A DNA stretch of 64,000 nucleotides from Chlorokybus atmophyticus (Eukaryota; Plantae; Mesostigma and Chlorokybus algae), in contig RHPI01001132.1 of NCBI GenBank assembly GCA_009103225.1, positions 62,001 to 126,000 of the forward strand. Direction: 5' to 3'. The position numbers and the translations under genes were made by a program. Shown here piece after piece: positions 34,940-46,537 of this stretch. Below the pieces are notes generated by a model. That model ran no database searches. It saw only the letters and a list, made by a program, of their open reading frames with translations, and was not told the origin of the DNA. Each line of letters starts with the position of its first letter. Within the stretch, counting starts at the first letter, position 1.

Positions 34940-35380
34940 ATTCCCCCTAGTGTGGGGTGGGGCCCCCACACGCCCAGCCTATTGCTGAGAGGAGGCGCTG
35001 TGCATGTGTGTTACATGATCAGGGTCATAAACTTCTGCTCGTCCGTTTGTCCCCGCTCCCCCTGAGGGGGGCTGCCTCCAGGTTTATCACGGCGACGGCG
35101 CCTGTGGATATCCGATAGGCAGCCCCCAGGGGATGAGCCAGGATAAGCACAATACGACAAAAGGTGTGTCATCGATAACCCTAAAAACCTTTACTCTAGA
35201 GCAGCACGGAGACATTGTGTGCCACGCGGGGGAAAACGCTGCTGCTACGCGTGGGAGGAAGGGGAGGGTGGGCTTGCTAGACTTGCTGCTGCTGGAGGCT
35301 AGAATTATTGTGCTGACCATTGGTGGCGCCTCCTGGTCGTTGGTGTTGTTGTTGGGGTTGCCACGCAGGAGTGTGGCAAC
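34940..35380 (+). ncRNA. Candidate structured ncRNA, possibly telomerase RNA (core about 35128-35340)
   Basis: Several perfect stems, a template-like AACCCTAAA at 35177-35185 and a downstream pseudoknot-compatible pairing (see findings). No homology search was done. Confidence 0.35.
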
Positions 35381-35626
35381 GACTGTGGTGGGTGGATGCT
35401 CGGCCCATGCCTTAACGACGGTTGGACTTCGTGGCTCAGCGGGTGTGTGTAACATGCTGCTGCTTCGCAAGCAGCAGCTGCGCAACAGCAACAACTGTCG
35501 TCGACCATACCACAGCATTGGTCGACACCATCATCATCGTCATCATCATAGTAGTAGACATCAACAACATTATCATCGTCCGTGTGCTGCTGGCGAGTAA
35601 GCGGGAGGAAGCTGGATTTGAACGAG

Positions 35627-37506
35627 ATGGCGGACCGCCCTGGGCTTGCGGCCGCCCTGGTGCCGCAAGTCCAGGGCGCTCTGGAGGCGAGGCCGCTGCC
35701 ACCTCCGGCGGAAGACCAGCAGCAGCAGCTCAAAAAGGAGATGGACAGGAAAGAAGTGGAGCGAAAGGCGCAGCACAGGACGCAGGTAGGGCATGCTTGT
35801 TGCATGGCTGCTGTAGCAGCGGCTAGATCTGCAGTCAGCGTTCAAGAGCATGTATGTTGCGTAAGCTAACTGACTGCTGTAGTCGATTGCGTGCAAGCAG
35901 CATGCTCCGTCGGGTTGATAAATTAGCTTCCATCGTGCACCAAGCCAGTATGGTTGTTGCTTGCTCGTTCGCTTTGGACACTTTCAGGAGTGACGTGTTG
36001 TGAGTTAGTCGCAAGCTTTGCAACCAGTTGTCAGCACCTATCATTATTTAGGCAAGAGGTAAAGTTGTCTCAGTACGTAAGAACAACAGTTGGAGCCAGT
36101 TCGCTCCGGAACACCAAGCTAGTTCTTGCCACTTGGGAAAGTTTGTTTTACTGTTTTCCCGGATAACCAAGCTGGTCAAGCTTGCTGTTCCGTGGTGAAA
36201 ACAGCAACAGAACATATCGCAAGCGCTCAATGTGTGTGGCAGTTGGGGCCCCAAATGTCAGAGGGTTGATGTGCTGATTGTCTGCAGTGGCACTGCATGC
36301 TCATGTCGTTAGCGAGGCTATCATGTTGCTAATGTGACATCAGGGGTATGAGCATGTCCGCTTTCGTCGAGCTGTATTGGCCAGCTGAGACCAGCTGTGT
36401 GCTTTGCCTGTTTGTCATGTTTGCTGGCTTGCTTGTTTTGCATGTGGTTGCGCGTGCACTAGCTGAGATTAGCTGAGATCAACAACAATGTCTTGCTGCC
36501 CAGTTGCGATGGGATGCGGTTCTTGCGTATGGTGAGACGGGCAGCTATGAGGAGGCTGCGCTGAGGATCGGCAAAGGGAAGGAGTTTGTGAAGAAGTGGG
36601 TTGACCAGCATGCGCGATCTGGCACAGTGGATGATGGTCCCAGGTCTGGTAGGCCTCACAAGAACGAGCCTCGCCCTCCAAAACCGTCAACCAGCGGTGA
36701 TGGCGCTGCAGAAAGCGACGCCGGCACAAAGCGCCGCAGAAAGGTCAGTGTTGAGTTGTTTGAGTTTGTGTATGCATGGGGTTGACAAATGCATGTTTGC
36801 AGCCAAGGAAAGCCCCGGACGTAAGTGCTGGAACGAGTGCCCCGCTCATTCCAGGCAGCGAGCAGCGTGAGATGTTGGCTCAGAAGCACAAGCAGCTTGA
36901 TGAGGAGCGCGCAGCACTTGAGGTGCTGGAAAGGAATCTCATCGAGCGCAAGCGACGTCTTGCTGATGAGGATCGACAGCTGCAGGTTTGACATTGTGAT
37001 CTGTGCGTTGTTGCAATGAGGTGAATGCGTCATGACATAACGTGTGGATGCCAGGAGATGGAGGCGGTGGAAAGGTATGAGCGTTTGAAGCTGATGTCCG
37101 AGCAAGTGCATGCAACGAGAAAAGCGCAGCTTGATGAAAGGGAGGGGCTTCTGGCGCAGCGGGAGAGGGGCTTGGCAGAGAAGGAGCAGGTGATTGCGTC
37201 GTTTGCGTATTCTCAGCAGCCATTGTAGATCAGATGTGCTGCAATTTGTACAACCTCATTCATGCTCTGTTGCAGACAGATCGCCTTGACCATCAGCGCA
37301 TAACATCGGAGCTCGCTCATCGCGAGCAGATAGTTGTGGAGCAGGAGCGGCTGCTGCTGGAGCGTCAGCAGAGTTTAAATGCGCACCAGAATCGTTGGCA
37401 GGAGCAGCATCTGCCTCAGCGACCGATGGAGCAGCAGCATCACGACCCGCGAGAGCCGCAGCGTCCTCCGCAGATACCAGATAACCACTGGGGGCATTTT
37501 GGCTGA
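35627..37506 (+). CDS. Protein with a Tc1/IS630-type HTH followed by a long coiled coil; no DDE domain
   Basis: Exon from about 36504: LRWDAVLAYGETGSYEEAALRIGKGKEFVKKWVDQHARSGTVDDGPRSGRPHK, then NLS-like KRRRK, then E/Q/R-rich heptad exons ending at TGA 37506. Confidence 0.65.
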
Positions 37507-39020
37507 GGCTGCGCTGCATGATATGACTACATACCGGCAGTGCTTCCGGTAAAGTTGGAGATTAGTTTGCAGCCGCGTTCGCGCATTGAGCGCGGTGCTG
37601 TGGCGTATGTTATATAGTAGCGGCTTATCTAGTACTAGCATATTGTTGCGACGTAGCTGTGCGCAATTGCATGCATATAGCTGTCATTAGTTTGGGGAGA
37701 GGGCAGAATTCCTCTTGAAAGGTTATCAATAAGAGCATCAGAGAGGCTGCCGCCACCGATGTGGCACGCAGCGCCTGATAGGTTTGTATACGTGTGCATA
37801 TTGTGGTATAGACTTGAGCATCCGGGTGTCAAGGGCTAACCACGCCGGTTTTGGTGTCACCCTTACGCAATGTTGCCGTTTTGTGTACTTTATGTGTAGA
37901 TTATCTGCACTGCTGTGTGACTGCTGCCAGCATTTCAACGAGTATCCATGCAGTTAGCAACAATCTGTAACCTGACAGTTACGGCGGGTAGGGAGCAAGC
38001 GGGCTAGGCTGTGCGCCAAACCAGCCAAGCGCCGCAAGTGTGGTAGTCGCCCGTCAGGTAACATCTTCTACCCGCATGCAATGGAGACACAATAGTTTTG
38101 GAGATTTATGTACACGCCATGCTGAGCGAGGACACTCAGCACATCATGCGCGTGAATACGCCCCATATCATGATGGTTCGAGGGGCGGAGCAGTGGGGCT
38201 CAGCCATCAGCGAGTAGCATGCGCAGTGCAGCGTGCGCTGGACATAGCGGTCATGGAGCGAGCTGTGGCGGTGGCGGCGACGCCCGGCTGGACATCGGTG
38301 GCATAAGGTCCCCCAACTGCCAAGGCGGATGCGGGACCACTTGCGTAGGCTAGCAACCTTGCATGTAGAGTGTAGCGTACTATTCCATGTGTGTTAGGCA
38401 TGGTAGCAGCGCTCAAAGCCAAACGCTTGTATGTGTAATCCATTTTATTTTATGTACTCCATGCATGTTGCTAGCTTGCGGTGATGCTAGTACCTTGCGA
38501 TAATTGGTGTTATTGTGATTGTTGGACGCTGCGCACGGCTGACAAGTTGTAGCCCCTCAGCGCACAATTTGTGTCTGTGTGATGTGTACAAAAGATGCAA
38601 GGCACAATTGTGTACATCAATGTGAAGGGCAATGCTCACATGCAGTCACATAGCACATCGTACATACACCATATGGCATGCAGTATGAGCACGCACCAAT
38701 CTGACCCCCAGGCTAACTTAAGACTCTACATGTTTGAGTTTAAAGCATGCATGGTAATGGCACGCGCAAAACCTTCAATCTCCAACCTCTATTATCAGCC
38801 TTCAATACATCGATGCTTGCAAAATGTTCAATCATGGACACTTTGACACATAACTCGCATACATAGACACCTAAACAACAAGTCACGTCCACGCCTGTAC
38901 ATTCCGTAATAGACATAATACCAAAACTGAGTCGTTATCATTTACAAAACTGAGCGCGCTGCGGATTCACCCTCTTTGACAAGGACTGGCGAAGCGTGCG
39001 CGCATACCTTGCGGCTGCTG

Positions 39021-40173
39021 TCACCTTACAGGCGCTTGCAAGAAAACCTCCTCTCCGTAGGTGTCCAGCATGCGCTGGAAGCCTTCCACCTGCCCCGCGT
39101 CGTACACGCCTGCCATCCCCTCCTGCCACATGACAAAAATGCTGCAGCCAACCGCCCCGACATTGTCAATGAAGCGCAGTGTGTAGGTTAAGTAATCCCC
39201 ACGCTTGGCCTTCCCAACGATGAGCTTGACAGACGTCACAGCGTCCAGCCTGCATGCCAGCAGCAACACTGATAAGCTGCACTGATCATGCGATCATGCA
39301 ATGATGAGGGTAATCCGCCGGCATAGTATGGAGCAGCAATGCACACCAGGCAGCAAGACAAGCACCAACAGAACAAGCACCTTAGGTGGAAGTCGAGGTT
39401 GTGTTCAGGGTCGATGACATTGGCGTACTCCCCGCGCTGGGGCACGGTGTGATAAAACAGGCTGTCCAGCGTAGAAACGGACTCAAGCACGCCCATGCCC
39501 GTGTTCACTATCAGCCTGACTCGCCCCAAACCCTGCAGGAGAAGCGCTCTGCTCAAGAACTCTTGCCCATGTTTGCCAGTGGCATGCACATCCAGGAACA
39601 CAGGAATACACAACATGAGCAAATGGTGCAAATCGAAAAACTTCTTTGTGACACACACACGCATGCACCCATGCTTGTGCGTCTGCATGCACATACGCAC
39701 AGGCATGCGCGTCTTACCTTGGCGTCTTCAAGAAGCTGCTTGAGGGTGGCTCTCGGCATAACCGTCGGCTCGACGGCAATCTCGCCCTCACTGGTAGTAG
39801 CGGTGGCGGCAGTGGTGAGCCTGTCATGGTGCCTGTGGTGGTGGTGCCTGTGATGATGATGGTGGTGCTGGTGCTGGTGCTGGTGATCGCCTGCGGGAGA
39901 GGGAGCACTTCCAGCTGGAGCGGTGGAGGAGGAGAAAGCGCTTGGACGGAGGCGGGAGTGGGCGGCAGTTTCGGCTGAGGCAGCTTCCGCTCCTCCCGCC
40001 GCTGCCTTGAGAGGAGACTTAACGGGGGAGGTCAGGGCCCCGCCTCCAAGCCCCTTGTGGCGCGTGACGTTGATAGGCCTTAGAGAAGACTGTGCGTAGT
40101 ACAGCTGGCCGTCCGCCGCATTGCTGGCCTTACCCGCCGCCAACCCTAAGAAAAGGGCTGCTCGGGCGGCCAT
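39021..40173 (-). CDS. ChuX/HutX-family heme-utilisation carrier-like protein with a transit-like N-terminus and a His-rich linker; exons 40173-39718, 39532-39381, 39249-39021
   Basis: Spliced core: LKQLLEDAKGLGRVRLIVNTGMGVLES...LFYHTVPQRGEYANV...LDFHLRLDAVTSVKLIVGKAKRGDYLTYTLRFID...SIFVMWQ...GVYDAGQVEGFQRMLDTYGE. This matches my recollection of cyanobacterial HutX-like proteins. Junctions are in frame. Confidence 0.75.
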
Positions 40174-41145
40174 GTGCCTGCGCTTGTGTTTGCGCTTGCG
40201 CTTGCGATCGCAAGCTCACTACCTCTTGCAATGGCTCTCTGGCAGCATGAAGCAAGGCAAATTCAATGTCTGAGACAAGAACAATACCCACACATGCTCT
40301 GAGCATGCAAGCACATTTTGCATGCACAAACAAGTGGCCTCCTTGTGCAAACAAACCTGCCGTTGACTCTGACTTGAGTCACCAACAATGCCCTCGGCGG
40401 CAGCCTTCGCCAGAAAGCAGCACCACACAACAGCACCCTAGTAGACCCTACTTCTGCTCTAAGACAAGACACCTTCAAACAGCCGCAGCAGCCTCCGCCG
40501 TCCCGCCGCCGCCGCCGCCAATGCAAGCTTTGTTGCTTGTTCTGAGCATGATGATGTTCAGCGTCAGTCTGGCCAGGCGGATTCCGGTTGACTAACGGCC
40601 TTGCGTCGCCAAACACTTTCATGTGCAGCAGATTATCGGGTAGTCAATTGGAGCTGTTTCTCTGAAATCTTTTATGCTCGGTTAGTGCAAGAGACCGCTG
40701 TTGACTAACCGTGTCGGGGTTGCTAAGTACGGATCGGATCCTCTGACGGTTGTTGAGCCTATCCGTTGCACACAGGCAGGCACGTCATGAAGCGGGTTTC
40801 AACTTGAATGCTCTAAAGTCTAGACCAGACTGGCGGTACAGTGTACTCCATGCACGACCGGTTGGTCCATTGCTAGCAGTCTGGCCAATGCAATGCGCTG
40901 ACATTGCATGGAGCGTCATGAAGGCGGGTCCAGAGGTTGCCCTTTCATGAGTCATTAGGACGCTGGGCTTAAAGTGCAAGCCTTGAGCAGTGCGCGGCTT
41001 TCCTCTGTAAAAACAACAGTGACAATTGGCACTGCAAAAGGAAAACCGCGGGAAGGAATCTTTTGCTACTTTCGGCCCCGCGTGCTGGTCCGGCAAGTCT
41101 TGCAATGATTGACGTCTGACAATTGTGACGTGGCGACCTATTGCA

Positions 41146-41570
41146 CAGTCAGACTTGTACCTACCTCGCTATAAGAGCCCTTGACTATACATATCCCCTG
41201 TAAGAAGAGCAAGTTCTTGTAACCCGGACGTGCATGGGGCAGATCTACCTCTGGTCAAGAGCAAGAGCACTTGTTATAAGAGCGTTTAGTAATGCCGATT
41301 GCTCTTAGCGCGAGGGCAGCTGTCATTACACTTCTACTGAGGTTGCGCTATTTAGGCAGCGTGGTGCGGCGCACTATGCGCTGATAGTCGGCGTATAGGA
41401 CTAGCTGACAACCCAATTGTCAAAACAGTCCACCGACAGTCGGCATGTTTAGCTGGACCCTCTATGTAAGAGCAAATTAGGCTGGATGCTCTTATTTTAA
41501 GTTAAGAGCCGCTTGGTATCAGAGCAAACAGGCGCTTTCCAAACGTGGCTCTTATATCGAGGGCAGACTG
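41146..41570. mobile_element. Tigger-like MITE (about 420 bp), left end degenerate
   Basis: Right end reverse complement is CAGTCTGCCCTCGATATAAGAGCC, followed by TA (41571-72). Left end is CCTCGCTATAAGAGCC (41164-41179). Many internal TAAGAGC/GCTCTTA copies. Confidence 0.55.
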
Positions 41571-43421
41571 TACTTCATTCACTACCTACTACTAGGTGTA
41601 GCCATCCACTACGCCAGGTGTACCTGGCATCGTACACACCTTGTTTTGTGTAAACATAAGTAAAAGTAAGTAGAAGTTATAAACACATAACAATTAGCAC
41701 ACAATCACTCTAAAGTCAACAATACTTGATGCATAAATTACACACACAAATGGTATACTATAATCATCGCGGATCCAAGAAGACCTTCACACTTACGTTA
41801 TTAAACAAGCTAAAATGTATACACATTTTTGCTGCATATGCTTCATCATTGCACATTACATGGTGTCAATAAACATGCACGCACTTTAGCATCTTAGATT
41901 GAGCGAATCAACATACAATGCACTGTGTATAGTGATGTATGCATACCGTATGGGTGTCATCGTTAAGTCATGCAAAATGCAATGGCTTCGTGTGCTTAAT
42001 AAAAAGGCGCATTTCTGGTCGTAATTTACACCACGTATTATTGTTATACAATGATATGATAAGAGTAAATTTAATAGTTGTAGTCTCTTTGTCATATTAA
42101 TATACACGTTAAAGTTTCCGCTTATGTAAGTGTATATTGTGGGTATAAATAGATATCGGTCATGATTTAATGATGAAACTCGCGTCATGGAAAAAGCAAC
42201 GTTACTTGATGTTTTTAGTTAAATTTGAGATATGGTTTTAACTAGGATGATTTTTAAATATAACCATTTACTACTTATACTTTGCAAATATAGCTCAGTT
42301 ATTGGTACGGCAATAATCATCGCCACATGAAAACAAACAATGGTAATAACACGTAAAACCCAAGCACTCATAATGAAATTTGTTAAGGCAAGCATATATC
42401 ATATCCCAAGCACCATTATGAGTATCGCTCCATTGCTAAGCCGCAACATATGCATTAAAAAGCACATGTGCTCATGCGGCTTACGTTGCGCATGAATTGA
42501 AAGATTGAATGAATGCGCATGTGTACTTCACGTAACAACATTGTGTCTTGTTGTTATTCTATGGATTTTGCTGAGCGAAATTAAGTCCATATTGTAAAAT
42601 GCACAAATCAATGATAATAGGTGACTTTAGCGCCGTGCTTGCGAGTAACCGTTCTACCCTTGCCGTGCATGTCCCTTGCCCCTCCCCCACTTCCTTTTGG
42701 CTATAGCTATTGCACTTTATGTTAGTGTAGTGCCCCTCCCCACTGTTGCGTGATTGCCTTATTGTAATTGTGAAGATTACCATAAGTGCTTGCTTTGTGC
42801 TATTAAGTATGGTCTAAGCATGGTGTACACGATATATGACGTGCAATTAGACATACGCATGCAATGCACACAGTGCATGTTGTGCATTTGCAAGTTTATA
42901 TCAGTTGCTCGCATAACTTGTACAACCACTTAAGCAATACATGCATACCAATACACATCTCACCAATGTCACCTGGCTAATCTACTGCACTATACTACCA
43001 GCTACTAGCCTTCTCCGTTGGACATGCATGTGTTGTGAACATGTTGTGTACAAGCACTGCATTGTCCCAGGCACATGCATCACTTCTACGATTAGGTGCA
43101 AGGGTTAAGGAGGCCATGCAACCATGTGTAGATGTGTTGGTTACATTATAATTATGTTTCACAACGTGTATGGATGTGGCCAACTACTGCACTACAGGTA
43201 TGCAAGCGATGCTTTTTGATTGTCGTTGACAAAAACTGCAAAGCTTGCAGGCAAAGCCTGGAAGACAGCCAGGCAGGTTATGCAAATGCACATGCACCTG
43301 ACTTATGTACAACCATGCAAGATGGTACTGTACAACCAGCAATTGGAACAACACAATCACGACGTCCTCTGCGATTTGGCGGGCGTGGCTTTTGGAGATA
43401 GTACATTGCCATCGCCTGCAC

Positions 43422-46236
43422 CTTGTTGTTGACTTGCTGAGCCGACATTCCCCGCCGCCGCAGCATCTGCCTGGGCGCTTGCAACAAATGACCTGCGAAC
43501 CTGACAGTGAACAGAATAACAGTATCACACAGGTAATGCACTACTAATACGCATGTATGCATATCTCACGGGGAGGTCTAGACTAGTGTAGTGTAGTTAG
43601 TTGGAACAAGCAGTGTGTATAGCCCGGTGGTTGTGCTACAATGTGCTTGTATGCTGTTTGGCATGCTGTGATGTCATGCATGTCTACAACTACTGGCAGC
43701 ATATCCTGTAGACATAGTGGGCTCCCAGCTTAGGCCCAACCTTGCCTCAGCATTCCAAATGTGTGCGTTTTCACAGAGAGACTTACCATTGCCAGCCTCT
43801 GCCGATGCGCATCATTGACCGTCTGCACAAACCACACATCAGCGCAAGCGGCAGCACAAGCACATGCCGATGCCACTTGCAAGACAATGTGCTGCACAAT
43901 CAGTACAGAGATTGGTTACAAACCGGCTTGCGATAGGGCCGAATGTCTTCTCCACCAAAACCAGGTATGCGCATCTGCCAATTGCGCTCTGCAAGAATAT
44001 AAAAAACAATGCCTCTCGTTAATAACCCTTTAGCGAGTGATCATTGAAGGCTGCCAAGTAGTTACACACGGACAAACCAGCTCACCGAGATGGAGCAGCA
44101 AATCTTTTGCCTCGAGTGTCTCTGAGCGCCTGTGGCGCGCCAGGGCACAAGCAAAGCTGGTCACCTGTTTGACAATATGATCAGCTTTAAGATCTGCAAC
44201 GGAGAACTCCATAACCATTGATGATCACTGACAAGCGTGCCGCACCGTCTCAATGAAGCCATCCGCAATGTCCAGCAACACCTCCTCCACGTCCGGATCC
44301 AGCCGTTCTTTCTTATCGACCTGAGCACAATCAAGCGGGCGTGAAATACGCACTCAAGCAGCGTGTGTGATGTGCTTGCATGTCTTGCTGGCCTGACCTG
44401 CGCGACCAAGTCTTGTATCCGCTTGCGTGCTTGTATGCGGCCGCCGCCTCGTGCCACAGGTACAGCGGGGCGTTGCACGGCACCAACCATTGGGGTTGCA
44501 TATGGCTGACCGCGGCCGTACGTGGCTACGCCCGGCTGCACGACGTGAGGAGGGCCACCCAACGGCGACGGGGAAGGCCTCACCTGCCCCTGGAGTGTGG
44601 CTGGCAGCTGCGTGTGGCACACAACACGCTCATCAGTGATAGCGGCTGTATGTTGTGTGTGATAGTGGCTGTGTATTGTTGGAGGTCAGATAGACAAGCC
44701 AACATACCTGCTGTTGTGAGGGGATGAGAGGGGATGTGGGTGTGTGATTTGAGGCGGACAACGGCCTCGGTGCTGTTGGTGTTTGCATGCGGGTCTGGGA
44801 GGACGCCCCTGCTTGTGGCATTGACATCTGCATTGGTTGCATCGGCTGCCCAGGGGACATGCCCACGCCCACGCCCGCGCCGGACACGTAAGCCCCGATT
44901 GCAGGCCGTTGCATGGCCATGCCGGGCGATGACGCCGACATGGTGGGTGATAGTGTTGGCCATGCGGGTGATGCAGCCGTGCCTCGGCCAAGCACCTGCG
45001 CAGCGGCTTGCGGGTATTTTGGCTGCTGTGCTCGCCCGCGCGCCGTCGCACGTGCCTTCCCGCCCGCGGGCTGCCCGGCTGGCCTCGGCATTTGCGCGGT
45101 GTTCAACATAGGCTGCCCCTGCAATGGGTTGACGATGATGATGATCATGATGATGACCATTACCATAATCATACAGGCGGCCAAGCATGCGCGCAAGTGG
45201 TAGTGGTAGCGAGCCAAAGGCAGCGCAACAACTTGTGCGGGGCATTACTTGCTTGTGAGCAGCATAACTGGTTGCAGGGTGGTGGTTGCAACATGCATGC
45301 AAAGGAAACTGCCGATAGGCGTGGCTTGTGCGATGACGGCACGTGAGCAACCAAGCAATAGTACGCTTGCAACGGTGTGCGTGCTCTCAGCAAGATGGTG
45401 AGGCCATTACAAGGCCTGACTGCCGTTTGCATGGAAACTACATCTTGTCAAGCTTGCTGTGAACACTGATCAGAGCACGCTCGTGAACTCAATCTGGTTG
45501 CAATGCAGGCTGGTGTAACCATGGGGTGTGCAAAATCGTTGACGTATTTGCTTGCTGACAGCTGCACAGCCCAATGATGACAATGCTGCATTATGACACT
45601 GCAATGCGCTGTATGCCCTGTTTAGTAAGCCCATCATATGGTGAGCAAGTGCGTGTGCACTTGCACTTGCATGCAGCATTGAGACGTCGCTTACAAACAC
45701 GCATGCTTACATACTTGCAAGGGCTGTGCGGTGGTGCGTCCTGGTATAGTCTGTCCTCGTCCGGCGCCGGGCAGCAGCTGCGGCGGCGGCCTGCCCACGC
45801 TCTGCTGCCCTCTCCCCGCAGCAAGGACGACATTGGCAGCCATACCGCCGACGCCAGGTTGCGTTTGCTGGGTGGTGTATGAGCCGGGCAGGCTAGACTG
45901 CCCCGCAGCGGCGGCCGCAGCAGCTGCCGCCGCCGCAGCAGCAGCAGCTGCTGCAGCGGCGGCGGTGGCCTTCTGCTGATGAACCTGCTGCTGTGCCTGG
46001 ATCTGCTGCAGCTGCGCCTGCACTTGCTGCTGCTGCTGGACGTGCTGCGGTTGTTGTTGTTGTTGTTGCAATTGTGGTTGTTGCTGTGGTTGTAGCTGTT
46101 GCTGCTGCGGTGGCTGTCCTGCCAAGCCTCCTATCGCCGCAAGCGTCGCCGGCTGCTGCTGCTGCCCCTGTCCCGGCACCGACGCAGCAGGAGCACCTGC
46201 CTTCTGCCCTGGCAGCAGCGGCGGCGGCCGGCTCAT
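43422..46236 (-). CDS. TAF12: TFIID subunit TAF12 with a long Gln/Ala/Pro-rich N-terminus; last exon unresolved (below 43422)
   Basis: [10 protein letters not shown]|[25 protein letters not shown]|[26 protein letters not shown]|[22 protein letters not shown]|[12 protein letters not shown] is the TAF12 histone fold. Confidence 0.9.
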
Positions 46237-46537
46237 CCTTGCCGCCGCCGCCGCCGCCGCCTGCACCACCACCGCTGCACTCAGCTACCCGCCAATTCCC
46301 ATTCACACACCCAAACACAACAACCTCATCCAGGACCCGACCACAACCCCTGATAGCTCGGTCCAGGACTTGGATGATTCAGTGAGGGTTTGCGTCGCCT
46401 GCCACGTGGAAGACACACGGCACAGGAGCGGCGGCGGCGGCGGCAGAGAGGAGGCAGGCACAGGGTGGAGCGGTCTCCTGGAGGCGTGGTGTAGTCGCAT
46501 GCGGGTGCGGCGGTGAGGTTTTGGGAGCAGCAGCAGG

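Noticed and set aside
34985-35035. TPP-riboswitch-like words (GCTGAGAGG, ACATGATCAGGGTCAT)
   Set aside because: Lacks the P5 closure (TAATGCCTG) and the CGTAGGG strand, and no thiamine gene is nearby.
38160-38306. HQRVACAVQRALDIAVMERA, resembling the C-terminus of RLE-type non-LTR retrotransposons
   Set aside because: Weak single-motif similarity; no RT domain, poly-A tail or TSD seen.
40263-40622. Extra upstream exons for the HutX-like gene
   Set aside because: The candidate donor at about 40133 is phase 2 and meets a stop with both nearby acceptors. ATG 40173 gives a coherent transit-like start.
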